Notes: a model not told the origin generated them from the letters alone. Shown: positions 29,886-40,899, counted from the stretch's first letter. The stretch: DNA of 64,000 nt from Longimicrobiales bacterium (GCA_965202805.1 OZ241869.1:1216001-1280000); one strand, 5' to 3'. Numbers and translations are program-made.

Positions 29886-31685
29886 CTACTGGTCAATTGA
29901 GAGCACGGCCAGAAACGCCTCTTGCGGGATCTCCACCGATCCCACCTGCTTCATCCGCTTCTTCCCCTCCTTCTGACGCTCGAGCAGCTTGCGCTTGCGC
30001 GTGATGTCCCCGCCGTAGCACTTGGCGGTCACCGCCTTGCGCAGGGCCTTCACGTTGGTGCGCGCCACGATCTTCGATCCGATCGCCGCCTGCAGCGCCA
30101 CCTGGAACTGCTGGCGCGGGATGAGCTGCTTCAGCTTGCGCACCAGATCGCGCCCGTAGAGCTGCGCGCGGTCGTGATGGATGATGACGCTGAAGGCGTC
30201 TACCGGATCGCCGTTCACCAGCACGTCCAGCTTCACCAGGTTCTCGGGCCGGTACTCCGCGAACTCGTAGTCGAGCGCCGCGTAGCCGCGCGTACTCCCC
30301 TTGAGGCGGTCGTAGAAGTCGAGCACGATCTCGGCCAACGGCAGCTCGAAGTCGATCTCCACGCGCCGGGGATCCAGGTAGCGCATCCCCTTGAAGGTCC
30401 CGCGCCGATCGTGGCAGAGCTTCTGCACGTTGCCGATGTATTCGGCGGGAGACACGATGTGCGCGTGAACCCAGGGCTCGGCGACGGCCTTCAGCTTGCC
30501 GCGGCCGGGCAGGCGGGTGGGGTTCTCGATCGCCAGTTCGCTGCCGTCGGTGAGCGTGACGTGATACTCGACGTTGGGCACGGTGGTGATCAGGCTGACG
30601 CCGAACTCGCGGTCCAGCCGTTCCTGGACGATCTCCATGTGCAGCAGCCCCAGGAAGCCGCAGCGGAACCCGAAGCCGAGGGCGGCTGAGGTCTCGGGCT
30701 GATAGTGCAGGCTGCCGTCGTTCAGCCTGAGCCGGTCGAGGGCGTCGCGCAGGGACTCGTAGTCGTCGGCGTTGCTCGGATAGAGCCCCGCGAACACCAT
30801 GGGACGGACCTCCTTGTACCCCGGCAGCAGCTCCTCCGCCCTTCGGGCCGCGTCGACCACGGTATCGCCCACCCGCGTGTGCGAGACGGACTTGATGGCC
30901 GCGACCAGGTAGCCCACCTCTCCCGGGTAGAGGGCGTCGCGGCGCACGCGCGCCAGCCGCGTGTAGCCCACCTCGGTCACCTCGTAGGTGGCGCGCACGG
31001 TGCCGAAGCCGATGTCCATCCCCGGGCGCAGCACCCCGTCCATCACCCGCACGCTCGGGACCGCGCCCAGATACTGGTCGTAGTAGGAGTCGAAGATGAG
31101 CGCGCGCAGGGGCGCCCCGGGGTCGCCCTCGGGCGGGGGCACGCGTTCGATGACCGCTTCCAGGATCTCCGCGGCGCCGGTGCCCTCCTTGGCGCTCGCG
31201 AACAGCACCTCGGAGGGATCCACCCCCAGCAGGTCCGCGAGCTCGTCGCGGCGGCGCTCCGGCTCGGCGCCGGGAAGATCGATCTTGTTGATCACCGGGA
31301 TCACTTCCAGGTCCGCGTCCAGCGCCAGGAACAAGTTGGAGATGGTCTGGGCCTGGATGCCCTGGCTGGCGTCGACGACGAGGATGGCGCCCTCGCAGGC
31401 CGCGAGGGAGCGTGACACCTCGTAGGTGAAGTCGACGTGTCCGGGGGTGTCGATCAGGTTGAGCTGATAGCGTTCGCCGTCCCGCGCCGCGTAGTCCATG
31501 CGCACGGCGTGCAGCTTGATGGTGATGCCCCGTTCGCGCTCCAGCTCGTTGGAGTCGAGCACCTGGGCGCGCATCTGGCGGGGGTCGAGCGCGCCGGTGA
31601 GCTCCAGGAGACGATCGGCGAGCGTCGACTTGCCGTGGTCGATGTGCGCGACGATGCAGAAGTTGCGGATGCGGTCGAGCTGCAC
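29886..31685 (-). CDS. lepA: Translation elongation factor 4
   Basis: [63 protein letters not shown]. Confidence 0.99.
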   Translation of the reverse strand: MQLDRIRNFCIVAHIDHGKSTLADRLLELTGALDPRQMRAQVLDSNELERERGITIKLHAVRMDYAARDGERYQLNLIDTPGHVDFTYEVSRSLAACEGAILVVDASQGIQAQTISNLFLALDADLEVIPVINKIDLPGAEPERRRDELADLLGVDPSEVLFASAKEGTGAAEILEAVIERVPPPEGDPGAPLRALIFDSYYDQYLGAVPSVRVMDGVLRPGMDIGFGTVRATYEVTEVGYTRLARVRRDALYPGEVGYLVAAIKSVSHTRVGDTVVDAARRAEELLPGYKEVRPMVFAGLYPSNADDYESLRDALDRLRLNDGSLHYQPETSAALGFGFRCGFLGLLHMEIVQERLDREFGVSLITTVPNVEYHVTLTDGSELAIENPTRLPGRGKLKAVAEPWVHAHIVSPAEYIGNVQKLCHDRRGTFKGMRYLDPRRVEIDFELPLAEIVLDFYDRLKGSTRGYAALDYEFAEYRPENLVKLDVLVNGDPVDAFSVIIHHDRAQLYGRDLVRKLKQLIPRQQFQVALQAAIGSKIVARTNVKALRKAVTAKCYGGDITRKRKLLERQKEGKKRMKQVGSVEIPQEAFLAVLSIDQ

Positions 31686-31694
31686 GGCTCCCCC

Positions 31695-32738
31695 TCAGCC
31701 CCGGCCGCGCAGCACGCGCCGCATGACTTCGAGCGCGCGCTCCACGTCGGGCGCGGAGATGTCCCGGTGGGTGACGGCCCGGACTCCGGCCTGACCCTGG
31801 GGAAGGAGATGAAGCCCGCGGGCGTGGCACCGGGTGGCGAAGTCGCCCGCCGGCATCGCCGATACCCGAAACCGCACGAGGTTCGACTGCGGCCCGCCGG
31901 GGGCGGCCTCCAGGCCGTCGATGCCGGCGATGCCGCGAGCCAGGGAGCGGGCGCGCGCGATGTCGGCCGGCAAGCCGCCGCGGTGGTGTTCGAGCGCATG
32001 CAGGGCGGCCGCGGCGAGGATGCCCGCCTGGCGGAAGCCGCCGCCGAACTGCTGCTTGAAGCGCCGCGCCCGCGCCACCAGCTCCTGCGAGCCGGCCAGA
32101 GCGGAGCCCACGGGAGCTCCGAGGCCCTTGCTGAAGCAGACGTTCACGGTGTCGAAGGGCGCGGCGTACCGGGCCTCGGAGACGCCGGAGGCCGCCGTGG
32201 CGTGCCAGAGGCGGGCCCCGTCGAGATGGGTGGCGAGGCCGTGGCGGCGCGCGGCCACGCACACCTCCTCGACCTGGCCGAGCGACCACACCGTGCCCCC
32301 TCCCCCGTTGTGGGTGTTCTCCACGCACAGCAGCCGGGGCGGCGATTCCAGGTGGGTCGGGTTGAAGGGATGCTCCGGCTCCACGGCGTCGTCCACGTCG
32401 GCCGCGGTGAAGACGCCGCTGCGTCCGGGAAGGGGCTTCATGGACACCCCGCTGAGCGCGGCGGGAGCACCCGATTCGCTGCGCACGATATGGGCGCTCC
32501 GGTCGATCAGGACCAGGTCGCCGGGCTCGGTGTGGGCGCGCACCCCGATCTGGTTGGACATCGTGCCCGTGGGGACGAAGACCGCGGCCTCCTTGCCCAG
32601 CAGCTCCGCGGTGCGCGCCTCCAGCCCGTTCACCGTGGGGTCGTCGCCGTAGACGTCGTCGCCCACCGGGGCGGCGGCCATGGCCTCCCGCATGGCCGGG
32701 GTGGGGAGGGTCACGGTGTCGCTGCGCAGATCGATCAT
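31695..32738 (-). CDS. ltaE: Low-specificity L-threonine aldolase
   Basis: [52 protein letters not shown]. Confidence 0.94.
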   Translation of the reverse strand: MIDLRSDTVTLPTPAMREAMAAAPVGDDVYGDDPTVNGLEARTAELLGKEAAVFVPTGTMSNQIGVRAHTEPGDLVLIDRSAHIVRSESGAPAALSGVSMKPLPGRSGVFTAADVDDAVEPEHPFNPTHLESPPRLLCVENTHNGGGGTVWSLGQVEEVCVAARRHGLATHLDGARLWHATAASGVSEARYAAPFDTVNVCFSKGLGAPVGSALAGSQELVARARRFKQQFGGGFRQAGILAAAALHALEHHRGGLPADIARARSLARGIAGIDGLEAAPGGPQSNLVRFRVSAMPAGDFATRCHARGLHLLPQGQAGVRAVTHRDISAPDVERALEVMRRVLRGRG

Positions 32739-32775
32739 GACCCGCGATACCCCGGGCGGGGCGGGTGGTGTCGCA

Positions 32776-33801
32776 TCACCGCTGCGGCCCCGGAGCGCCG
32801 AAACCGCGACCGGGCGATCCACCCGAAGGCGCCAGCGGCACACCGGCGATCTGCCGTCGCAGCGCGCGGATGCCCGCCGGACCGACGCGGCAGCACCCGC
32901 CGACTCCTGCCGCGCCGCGCGCGATCCAGCCGCGCGCCTCCAGGAACGGCTCGCCGGCCTCTCCGGCGTCGGCGGGCCAGTGCCACGTGCCGGTGTGGGC
33001 GTCGTACACCTCCCCCGAGTTGGGATAGACGATCACGGGAAGATCGGTCTCGCCCCGGATTCGTCCGATGAGTTCCCCGACGTCGGCGGGCGCGACGCAG
33101 TTCACCCCCACCGCCCCCACCCTTTCCGCCCGATCGCAGAGGCGCGCAGCCTCCTCCACCGGCGTGCCGTCCCAGAGCCCCGCGCCATCCGCGCAGCAGA
33201 AGCTCATCCACACCCACGCTTCCGGCGTCTCGGCCAGAATCCCGAGCAATGCCTCGACCTCGAGACCCGAGGGGATGGTCTCGCAGAGGATCAGGTCGGC
33301 GGCCGAGCGCGCGAAGAGCCGGAAGCGGCGCCGGTGGAACTCGTCCAGCACGCCGCGCCCGACGCCGTACCGGCCATCGTACTCCGACCCGTCCGCGAGA
33401 TACGCCCCGTATGGGCCGGCACTCGCCGCCACCAGCGGCCGCAGCCGCCCGCTGCGGTTGGCCTGAACCGCCCAGTACCGGTCGCGCGCCTCTACGGCCA
33501 GCGCGATCGAGAGCTCCAGGAAGCCGGCCGCCTCGGCATCGCCGTAGCCCTGCTCGCGGAAGCCGGGGAAGCTCGCCTGGTAGCTGGCGGTGGAGACGCA
33601 GTCCGCACCTGCGGCAAGGTATTCGGCGTGGGTGCGCCGGATGGCGCCGGGGTTCGAGACGAGCAGTTCGGCGGACCAGAGCCGGGTGCCGAGCCGGTGT
33701 CCCCGGGCTTCGAGCGCCGTCGCCAGACCCCCGTCGGCGATCAGAGGCCTTCCGCGTGCCAGAAACGGCGCAAGAGGTCCTGTCCGCTCCGCCGGGCTCA
33801 T
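32776..33801 (-). CDS. mmuM: Homocysteine S-methyltransferase
   Basis: [50 protein letters not shown]. Confidence 0.94.
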   Translation of the reverse strand: MSPAERTGPLAPFLARGRPLIADGGLATALEARGHRLGTRLWSAELLVSNPGAIRRTHAEYLAAGADCVSTASYQASFPGFREQGYGDAEAAGFLELSIALAVEARDRYWAVQANRSGRLRPLVAASAGPYGAYLADGSEYDGRYGVGRGVLDEFHRRRFRLFARSAADLILCETIPSGLEVEALLGILAETPEAWVWMSFCCADGAGLWDGTPVEEAARLCDRAERVGAVGVNCVAPADVGELIGRIRGETDLPVIVYPNSGEVYDAHTGTWHWPADAGEAGEPFLEARGWIARGAAGVGGCCRVGPAGIRALRRQIAGVPLAPSGGSPGRGFGAPGPQR

Positions 33802-34160
33802 CCCTCCGGGCTGAGCAGCGTCGCGAACATCTCCGCGTTGTATCCCACCAGCAGCCGATCCCCACTGCGCATCGTGGGCGCGCGCAGCTTTCCGAAGCGG
33901 CTGCAGAGGAGGCCCACCAGATCCTCGTCGGCGGGCCGCGCGGCGTTCAGATCGACGTGCACGATCTTCTTTCCCCTGGCGACGTAGAGGTCGCTCACGC
34001 CCTCCAGCACGCCCAGGACCTCGTCGCTCGTCACGGGATTGCGCGTGGCGTTCCGCAGTTCCTCCGTCGCGATCTCGTTCTGCGCAAGAAACTCTTGCGT
34101 GCGCTTGCAACTGTTTCAGCCCGGGCGGTGATACCGCCATTCAACGGACGACGTGGCCAT
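33798..34160 (-). CDS. ArsC/Spx-like thioredoxin-fold selenoprotein (U at codon 15)
   Basis: MATSSVEWRYHRPG-U-NSCKRTQEFL reads through the TGA at 34116-34118 into the 33798..34034 ORF (GKLRAPT...LLVGYN); GGAGGG RBS; ATGA overlap with mmuM. Confidence 0.85.
34083..34099 (-). promoter_or_regulatory. Putative bacterial SECIS hairpin
   Basis: mRNA CGCAAGA-GUU-UCUUGCG: 7-bp stem with G at the start of the loop, beginning 16 nt after the in-frame UGA. Confidence 0.6.
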
Positions 34161-34338
34161 GGGTCCCTCCGGCGAGTGTGGCGGCGCGAACGGAAAAGAG
34201 TTCAGAAGGGCAGCGCCGGTGTGCCCTGACCTAATGTCGAACACCCGGGCTTGCGGCGCTATCGCGGCGGTCCGATTCTTGGGGCGCATCCGGGACCCGG
34301 GCCGACGCCGCCCCGCGACACCAACCGTGGAGACCAGG

Positions 34339-35067
34339 ATGACCCTTTTCCGATGTGCCGCGCTGGGTTGCCTGGCGCTCCTGGCCGCCGACGCCGGCGC
34401 GCAGTCCCTCGAAGACGCCAGATCCGCCTACGCGGAAGGCCGCTTTCTCGAGGCGGCAGAGCTCGCCGAGGCGCCTGGGACCTCCGACGGCTACGCGCTG
34501 GCGGCGGAATCGCTCGCGATATACGCCCACTACTTCACGTCCGGGGATGAGTGGGAGGAGATGGTCGCTCGCGCGATAGAGATGAGCGACGAGGCCATGG
34601 GCGCCGACTCCACCAACGCCGAGGCACACTATCAGGCGGCCCACGCCCTCGGCCGCTACGCTCAGGGTATTGGTGCGTTCACGGCGCTACGCCAGGGCCT
34701 CGCGGGGAGAATCCGCGAACGGCTGGATGCAGCGATTCGCCTCGATCCCCATCTCTGGGAAGCCAGACTGGCGCTCGGCGGATGGCACGCCGATATCGCG
34801 GCCGAAGGGTTCATCGCGCGACGGATGTACGGAGGGAACAGACCGGCCGCCATCGTCCTGTTCGAGCAGGCGCTGCAAATGGCGCCGGAGTCGAGGGTCG
34901 TGCTCTACGAATACGCGATCCGGCTGCCCGACCTCGACGAGGAGAACGGCGAGGAACGGGCGCGGGAGATGCTCGACACGGCGGGTCAATTGCCGATCGT
35001 CGACGCCTACGACGGACTCATCCAGGAGCTGGTGCTCGAGGCCATCGCGAACCGGGAGGGCGGGTAG
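34339..35067 (+). CDS. Exported TPR-like helical protein
   Basis: Signal peptide ending AGA-Q; TPR-like helices NAEAHYQAAHALG, AIRLDP, ALQMAPE. Confidence 0.7.
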   Translation: MTLFRCAALGCLALLAADAGAQSLEDARSAYAEGRFLEAAELAEAPGTSDGYALAAESLAIYAHYFTSGDEWEEMVARAIEMSDEAMGADSTNAEAHYQAAHALGRYAQGIGAFTALRQGLAGRIRERLDAAIRLDPHLWEARLALGGWHADIAAEGFIARRMYGGNRPAAIVLFEQALQMAPESRVVLYEYAIRLPDLDEENGEERAREMLDTAGQLPIVDAYDGLIQELVLEAIANREGG

Positions 35068-35089
35068 CCCGGCGGCCCGGGCGGGGACC

Positions 35090-36172
35090 ATGCGCATCGC
35101 GATCACCACCGGCGGCGGAGACGCGCCCGGCCTCAATGCCGTCATTCGCGCAGCGGTGCACGCGGCCCGGGCTCGGGGCTGGGACGTGTTCGGGATCCGG
35201 AAGGGCTATTCGGGTCTCTTCCAGGCGGGCTACGGCGGGGTGGTGGTGCTCGACGAGGCCGCGGTCCGCGGGATCACCCACGAGGGCGGCACCATCCTCG
35301 GGACGACCAGCCAGGGCAACCCGTTCTCGTTCCAGGTGACTCAGCCGGACGGGTCGGTGCGCACCGTGGACCGTTCCGGCGAAGTCATCGATCGCTTTCG
35401 CGAGATGGGGATCGACTGTCTCATCGCCATCGGCGGTGACGGCTCGCTCCGGATCGCGCGCGACCTGGCGCGCCAGGGCCTCAGCGTGATCGGCGTACCC
35501 AAGACCATCGACAACGACCTGGACGCCACCGTGGTCACGTTCGGCTTTCACACCGCCGTGCAGACCGCGACCGACGCCATCGACAAGCTTCATTCCACCG
35601 CCGAGGCGCACGAGCGCATCATGGTCGTGGAGCTGATGGGGCGGCATGCCGGCTGGATCGCGCTCTTCGCCGGCCTCGCGGCGGCCGCGGACGTGATCCT
35701 CATCCCGGAGATCCCCTACCGGCTCGACCGAGTGGTGGCGGCAATCGAGGCTCGGTGGAGCGGGGGCCACGAGTACGCGATCGTGGTCGTGGCCGAGGGC
35801 GCCCTTCCGGTAGGGGGCGAGGCCTCCTATCTGGACGACGGGACCGGCCTGAAGCGGCGACTGGGAGGGGCCGCGAAGCTGCTGAGCCACCAGCTCAGGG
35901 AACGGACCCGCCACGAGACCCGCAGCCTGGTGCTCGGACACCTGCAGCGGGGCGGCGCGCCGACCGCCTACGACCGCATCATTTCCCTGCGATTCGGATC
36001 CGCGGCCATCGAACTCGCGGAGCGCGGGCAGTTCGGCTGCATGGTCGCGCTGGAGCCGCCCGACGTGAAGGCGGTGCCCCTCGCCGAAGCCGTCAAGCGC
36101 CTCAAGATCGTGCCCGTCGATGGGGACGTCGTGCGGACCGCCCGGGCCCTGGGGATCTCGTTCGGCGACTGA
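35090..36172 (+). CDS. pfkA: 6-phosphofructokinase (PfkA family)
   Basis: TGGGDAPGLNAVIR, GGTILGT, GGDGS, PKTIDND, VELMGRHAGWIA, LGHLQRGG. Confidence 0.95.
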   Translation: MRIAITTGGGDAPGLNAVIRAAVHAARARGWDVFGIRKGYSGLFQAGYGGVVVLDEAAVRGITHEGGTILGTTSQGNPFSFQVTQPDGSVRTVDRSGEVIDRFREMGIDCLIAIGGDGSLRIARDLARQGLSVIGVPKTIDNDLDATVVTFGFHTAVQTATDAIDKLHSTAEAHERIMVVELMGRHAGWIALFAGLAAAADVILIPEIPYRLDRVVAAIEARWSGGHEYAIVVVAEGALPVGGEASYLDDGTGLKRRLGGAAKLLSHQLRERTRHETRSLVLGHLQRGGAPTAYDRIISLRFGSAAIELAERGQFGCMVALEPPDVKAVPLAEAVKRLKIVPVDGDVVRTARALGISFGD

Positions 36173-36229
36173 TCTGACGAGACCGGACGGTCCCCGTCCC
36201 CTTGCCGCTACCCGAGTCGTGATCGCTGC

Positions 36230-36283
36230 TTGACAAGCCCTTATCCCGCTCCGCACTTTGTTCGAGAGTCGAACAAAGTGCGG
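36230..36283 (+). promoter_or_regulatory. Sigma70-type promoter overlapped by a palindromic operator (left operon)
   Basis: TTGACA(36230-36235)-N18-CACTTT; perfect 15-bp inverted repeat CCGCACTTTGTTCGA-gag-TCGAACAAAGTGCGG (36251-36283). Confidence 0.8.
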
Positions 36284-36345
36284 CGTGCTCCCACGCTGTT
36301 CAAGGCGCATTCACCGGCGGCGCCCCCCCGGGTCCGGAGCGAATC

Positions 36346-38793
36346 ATGACATCGAACACCTCCCTCGCACCGCCAGCCCTGGCATGCGCGCTCCTCCTGG
36401 CGGCTTTGGGCTGCTCCCGCGATCTGGGTCCGCTCGAGCCGGCGCCGTTTCCGACGAGCGGGGTTGTTTTCGAGGATGATTTCACCGGCGGCGTGCAGTT
36501 CCAGGCGTTCTCCACGTCCAAGGTCGACGCGCTCGCCATCGACCGTGTGGAGCGCTACCGGGGCGTGACCTCGCTCAAGTTCACGGTGCCCGGGCCGGGA
36601 GATCCCTCCGGCGGGTACTCAGGGGGCGCGTTCGTCTCCGCGATTCCCCGTGACCTGACCGGCTTCAACGCGCTCACCTTCCGGGCCAGGGCGAGCACCA
36701 GCGCCATCCTCAACTCCGTCGGATTCGGCAACGACAACACCGGCACCTCGCGATTCGTGGCGGATGTCGGCGGTCTTCCGCTCTCGACGACCTGGACGAA
36801 GTACGTCATCCCGATTCCGCTCGCTTCCAGACTGGACCGGGAGCGCGGCCTCTTCTTCCTCGCGGACGCGCCCGAGCATCAGGTAGGCTACGAGCTCTGG
36901 CTCGACGACATCCAGTTCGAGAGCCTGGGAACGATCATCAATTCACGCCCGGAGATCGCAACCCGGACGGTCAATGGAGAAGTGGGCGGCACACTCGACG
37001 TGACGGGCACGCAGGTCACCTTCGACGTGAACGGCAGGGACGTGACCGTGAACGCCATGCCCGGCTACTTCACGTTCCGGTCCTCGGACGAGAGCGTTGC
37101 CGCCGTCAACCAGGAGGGAGCCGTCGTCCTGGTCGGGGCGGGCACGGCCACGATCACGGCGAGCCTCGGCGGAACCGCCGCGCACGGCACGGTCACCGTA
37201 AACGTCGCGGCGCCGCCCACGACGGGCCCGCCGACGCCGGACTTCCCCGCGGACAACGTCATCTCGCTCTTCAGCGACGCCTACGACGACGTGCCCGTGG
37301 ACACCTGGTCGGCCGACTGGGACCAGGCGGACGTGCAGGATGTCGTGATCGACGGCAATACGCTGAAGCAGTACTCCAACCTGGTGTTCGCCGGCGTCGA
37401 GTTCACCTCGCAGCCGATCGACGCATCGGCCACGACCCACATGCACCTGGATCTCTGGACCTCCGATCCCTCGGCGTTCCGGATCAAGCTGGTGGACTTC
37501 GGCGCGGACGGCGCCTTCGGCGGCGGCGACGACAGCGAACACGAGATCACGCTCAACGAGGGTTCCGTGCCGTCCATCGGCGTCGGAGCCTGGAACGTCC
37601 TGGATATCCCGCTGGCCGACTTTGCGGGACTGTCATCCACGGGTCATCTCGCGCAGCTGATCATCTCCGGCGCCAGCCCGACCGTGTACCTGGACAACAT
37701 CCTGTTCTACAGTTCGGAGCCGATGGTGCCTGTGACCCCGGCGGCGCCCGCGGAGCCTGCGCCCACCCCGACGGCCGCGGCCGGCGATGTCGTCTCGCTC
37801 TTCAGCGATGCGTACGACGACGTTGCCGTGGACACCTGGTCCGCGGAGTGGGACCAGGCCGATGTCGAGGATGTCCTGATCGCCGGCAATGCGGCCAAGA
37901 AGTACACCAACCTCGGCTTCGCCGGCATCGAGTTCACCTCGCAGACCGTGGACGCCTCGGGCATGAGCCACTTCCACATGGACATCTGGACGCCGGATTC
38001 GTCGATGGATCCCGCCGCCTTCCGGGTGAAGCTGGTGGACTTCGGAGCCGACGGGGCCTGGGGAGGGGGGGACGACGTCGAACATGAGCTCGCGTTCACG
38101 GAAGCCTCCGACCCCGCGCTGGCCACGGGGAGCTGGGTCGGGCTGGATGTCCCGCTCCCGGCCTTCGAGGGACTCACAACGCGCGGGCATCTCGCCCAGA
38201 TGATCATCTCCGGCGATCCGAACACGGTGTACGTGGACAACGTCTACTTCTACGCCGTTTCGATGGAGCCTCCCACGGAGCCGGCCGAGCCCGCGCCGAC
38301 GCCGTCGCCGGCCGCCGAGAACGTCATCTCGTTCTTCAGCAACGCCTACGAGAACGTCACGGTGGACACCTGGTCGGCCGATTGGGACCAGGCGGACGTG
38401 GAAGACGTTCAGATCGGCGGGGACGACGTGAAGAAGTACACGAACCTCGCCTTCGCGGGCATCGAGTTCACCTCGGCCACGGTCGATGCCTCGGGCATGA
38501 CCCACTTCCACATGGATGTCTGGACACCGGATCCCACGGCGGACCCGGCCGCGTTCCGGATCAAGCTCGTGGACTTCGGGGCCGACGGGGCGTGGGGAGG
38601 CGGTGACGACGTCGAGCACGAAATCGCGTTCACCCAGGCGTCCGATCCCGCGCTGACCACCGGGAGCTGGGTCGCCATCGAGGTGCCCCTTTCCGCATTC
38701 GAAGGGCTCACGACCCGGGGGCATCTGGCCCAGATGATCATCTCCGGCGACCCGAACACGGTCTTCGTCGACAACGTGTACCTGCACAACTAG
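36346..38793 (+). CDS. Multi-domain glycan-binding lipoprotein (beta-sandwich, Ig-like domain, 3 tandem ~178-aa repeats)
   Basis: Lipobox LAALG-C; CBM-like N-terminal domain (RDLTGFNALTF..W.KYVIP..LWLDDIQF); Big_2-like SSDESVAAV..GAGTATITAS; three repeats VISLFSDAY...DTWSADW...HMD.WT...FRIKLVDFGADG...DNV.F. Confidence 0.8.
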   Translation: MTSNTSLAPPALACALLLAALGCSRDLGPLEPAPFPTSGVVFEDDFTGGVQFQAFSTSKVDALAIDRVERYRGVTSLKFTVPGPGDPSGGYSGGAFVSAIPRDLTGFNALTFRARASTSAILNSVGFGNDNTGTSRFVADVGGLPLSTTWTKYVIPIPLASRLDRERGLFFLADAPEHQVGYELWLDDIQFESLGTIINSRPEIATRTVNGEVGGTLDVTGTQVTFDVNGRDVTVNAMPGYFTFRSSDESVAAVNQEGAVVLVGAGTATITASLGGTAAHGTVTVNVAAPPTTGPPTPDFPADNVISLFSDAYDDVPVDTWSADWDQADVQDVVIDGNTLKQYSNLVFAGVEFTSQPIDASATTHMHLDLWTSDPSAFRIKLVDFGADGAFGGGDDSEHEITLNEGSVPSIGVGAWNVLDIPLADFAGLSSTGHLAQLIISGASPTVYLDNILFYSSEPMVPVTPAAPAEPAPTPTAAAGDVVSLFSDAYDDVAVDTWSAEWDQADVEDVLIAGNAAKKYTNLGFAGIEFTSQTVDASGMSHFHMDIWTPDSSMDPAAFRVKLVDFGADGAWGGGDDVEHELAFTEASDPALATGSWVGLDVPLPAFEGLTTRGHLAQMIISGDPNTVYVDNVYFYAVSMEPPTEPAEPAPTPSPAAENVISFFSNAYENVTVDTWSADWDQADVEDVQIGGDDVKKYTNLAFAGIEFTSATVDASGMTHFHMDVWTPDPTADPAAFRIKLVDFGADGAWGGGDDVEHEIAFTQASDPALTTGSWVAIEVPLSAFEGLTTRGHLAQMIISGDPNTVFVDNVYLHN
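37225..38790 (+). repeat. Three intragenic tandem repeats (period ~531-534 nt)
   Basis: Equivalent (I/V)S(L/F)FS codons at 37261, 37792 and 38326; Pro/Ala-rich linkers between copies. Confidence 0.9.
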
Positions 38794-38821
38794 CCCAGGC
38801 ATCCCGGGGACGGGGGAGACA

Positions 38822-40057
38822 ATGTCCAGCGCGATGACCGCTCCGCAGGCGGCGGGCTCCAGAGCACGCGGGCCCTCGCTCTCGAACCTGATGCTCAAGC
38901 TCATCTGGCGGCGGAAGGAGATCTCGCGGGCCGACATCGCCCGGGTGATGGACCTGTCCAGATCCACCGTCTCAAGGATCGTCTCCGACCTTCAGTCCAC
39001 CGACCTCGTCGCCGATGTCGGCGTCGGGCCCAGCCGAGGCGGACGCCGTCCCGTTCTGGTGGCCTTCCAGGACGGCGCGCGCGTGATTCTCGGGGTCGAT
39101 GTCGGCGCCAGCCATGTCTCGGTGGCGCTGACCGACCTGAGGGGACGCGTGCTGGCCTGGCGGGAGCGAGGACATCCGGTGCGCTCCGACCCCGCCGGCA
39201 CCCTGCGGCTGATCGGCGAACTGTGCGACGCCTGCCTGGCTGCCCGCGACCGGCCTTTCTCCGACCTGGTCGGGATCGGTGTCGCCGTGCCCAGCCCGGT
39301 CGATCCCCGCAATCCGGGCCGCATGTTCGACCGGATCTTCCCGGCATGGCGCGGACACAGCGTCGTGGACCATCTGCAGACGCGCTACGACACCGCCGTG
39401 GTCGTGGACAACGACGCCAACCTGGGAGCCGTGGCCGAGCACCGGTGGGGATGGGGCGTCGGCGTCGACGATCTCACCTACCTGAAGGTGTCCACCGGGA
39501 TCGGTGCGGGACACATCATCGGCGGCAGACTCAACCGCGGCTCTGCCGGGATGGCCGGGGAGATCGGACACCTGGCCACCGCATCGGACGGTCCACCCTG
39601 CGTCTGCGGCAACCGGGGATGCCTGGCCACGTTCGCGGGAACCCTCGCCGTCCTGAACCGCGTGGAAGCCCTGCTCCCGGAGCATGCCGACAGCCTGCTC
39701 GCCGACCGCCGGCTCAGCATCGCCGCCTTCGAGGAGGCGGCTCTGGCCTCGGACCGGCTGGCACTGCGGGTCGTCCACGAAACCGCCCAACACCTGGGAA
39801 CCGCCATCGCGGGCGTCCTCAACCTGATGAACCCGGCCACGGTGATCCTCGGAGGCAGCCTCGCGCGTCTGGGCGACCTTCTGCTGGAACCGCTCCGGGA
39901 CGCGGTGTCGCGCAGAACGTTTGCGGGCTCCCTCGCCTCCGCAACCATCCGCACGAGCGCCCTGGGCCCGCAGTCCATCGCGCTCGGCGCGGCCACCCAT
40001 ATCCTCGACAGCGCCCTGGCCGATACCCGCCTCTTCCTGCGAGCAGCCGCCAAATGA
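38822..40057 (+). CDS. ROK family transcriptional repressor (XylR/NagC-like)
   Basis: N-terminal HTH ISRADIAR..DLSRSTVSRIV..L, GGRRP; ROK domain DNDANLGA, GEIGH, CVCGNRGCL. Confidence 0.94.
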   Translation: MSSAMTAPQAAGSRARGPSLSNLMLKLIWRRKEISRADIARVMDLSRSTVSRIVSDLQSTDLVADVGVGPSRGGRRPVLVAFQDGARVILGVDVGASHVSVALTDLRGRVLAWRERGHPVRSDPAGTLRLIGELCDACLAARDRPFSDLVGIGVAVPSPVDPRNPGRMFDRIFPAWRGHSVVDHLQTRYDTAVVVDNDANLGAVAEHRWGWGVGVDDLTYLKVSTGIGAGHIIGGRLNRGSAGMAGEIGHLATASDGPPCVCGNRGCLATFAGTLAVLNRVEALLPEHADSLLADRRLSIAAFEEAALASDRLALRVVHETAQHLGTAIAGVLNLMNPATVILGGSLARLGDLLLEPLRDAVSRRTFAGSLASATIRTSALGPQSIALGAATHILDSALADTRLFLRAAAK

Positions 40058-40899
40058 ACGCCTTACGCAAGCATCTGCGAGAATGCCGGGTCCGGTTTCG
40101 GATTCCGGTCCGTCCCGTCCTGCTGGTCCCCGCGCTGGCTCTCATCGCGGCGTGCGAAGCGGACGAGGGCCCGATCTGGACGCTGGTCTGGGAGGACGAG
40201 TTCGAAGGAGCCGCCGGCCAGCTCCCCGACCCGCAACGCTGGACCTTCGACATCGGGGGTCACGGCTGGGGCAACGCGCAACTCGAGTACAACACGGATC
40301 GCGCGGAAAACGTGTCCCTGGACGGAAACGGCAACCTGGCGATCGTCGCGCGACGGGAGTCCTACCAGGGCAACGGCTACACCTCCGGCCGCATCAAGAC
40401 CCAGGGACGTTTCGAACAGGCCTATGGCCGCTTCGAGGCCCGCATCCGCCTGCCGGTGGGCGCCGGCATCTGGCCCGCGTTCTGGATGCTTGGCCACGAC
40501 ATCGACGCCGTCGGCTGGCCCGAGTGCGGCGAGATCGACATCATGGAATACCGGGGCCAGGAGCCCGGGGTCATCCACGGGAGCCTCCACGGGCCGGGCC
40601 ATTCGGGCGGCCAGGCGGTGACCCGGCGCCATGCCCTCCCCGACGGGCGCTTCGACACCGACTTCCATGTGTTCGGGATCGAGTGGGACAGCGAGTCGAT
40701 CTCCTGGTTCGTGGACGGCGAACGATACAACGTGGTCCGCAGTGGAGACGTCTCCGGGCGCTGGGCGTACGACCACCCCTTCTTCCTCCTGCTCAACGTC
40801 GCCGTGGGCGGGAACTTCATCGGTCCGCCGAACGACGCCACCGTCTTCCCGCAGACGATGCTGGTGGACTGGGTTCGCGTCTATGAGCGAGCCGGATGA
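40054..40899 (+). CDS. GH16 endo-beta-1,3-glucanase (laminarinase-type) lipoprotein
   Basis: LVWEDEF, GWGNAQLEY, YTSGRI, GIWPAFWMLG, WP.CGEIDIME catalytic motif, LNVAVGG; lipobox LIAA-C; ATGA overlap with the ROK gene. Confidence 0.93.
   Translation: MNALRKHLRECRVRFRIPVRPVLLVPALALIAACEADEGPIWTLVWEDEFEGAAGQLPDPQRWTFDIGGHGWGNAQLEYNTDRAENVSLDGNGNLAIVARRESYQGNGYTSGRIKTQGRFEQAYGRFEARIRLPVGAGIWPAFWMLGHDIDAVGWPECGEIDIMEYRGQEPGVIHGSLHGPGHSGGQAVTRRHALPDGRFDTDFHVFGIEWDSESISWFVDGERYNVVRSGDVSGRWAYDHPFFLLLNVAVGGNFIGPPNDATVFPQTMLVDWVRVYERAG

Noticed and set aside
36251..36283. 15-bp inverted repeat as a pfkA terminator
   Set aside because: It has no U-tract, overlaps a promoter and recurs at 48278 with a different spacer, so an operator fits better. 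A dual role is not excluded.
37225..38790. Periodic repeats as a possible CRISPR or mobile-element signature
   Set aside because: They are in-frame protein domain repeats of ~530 nt, with no spacers, cas genes or transposase.
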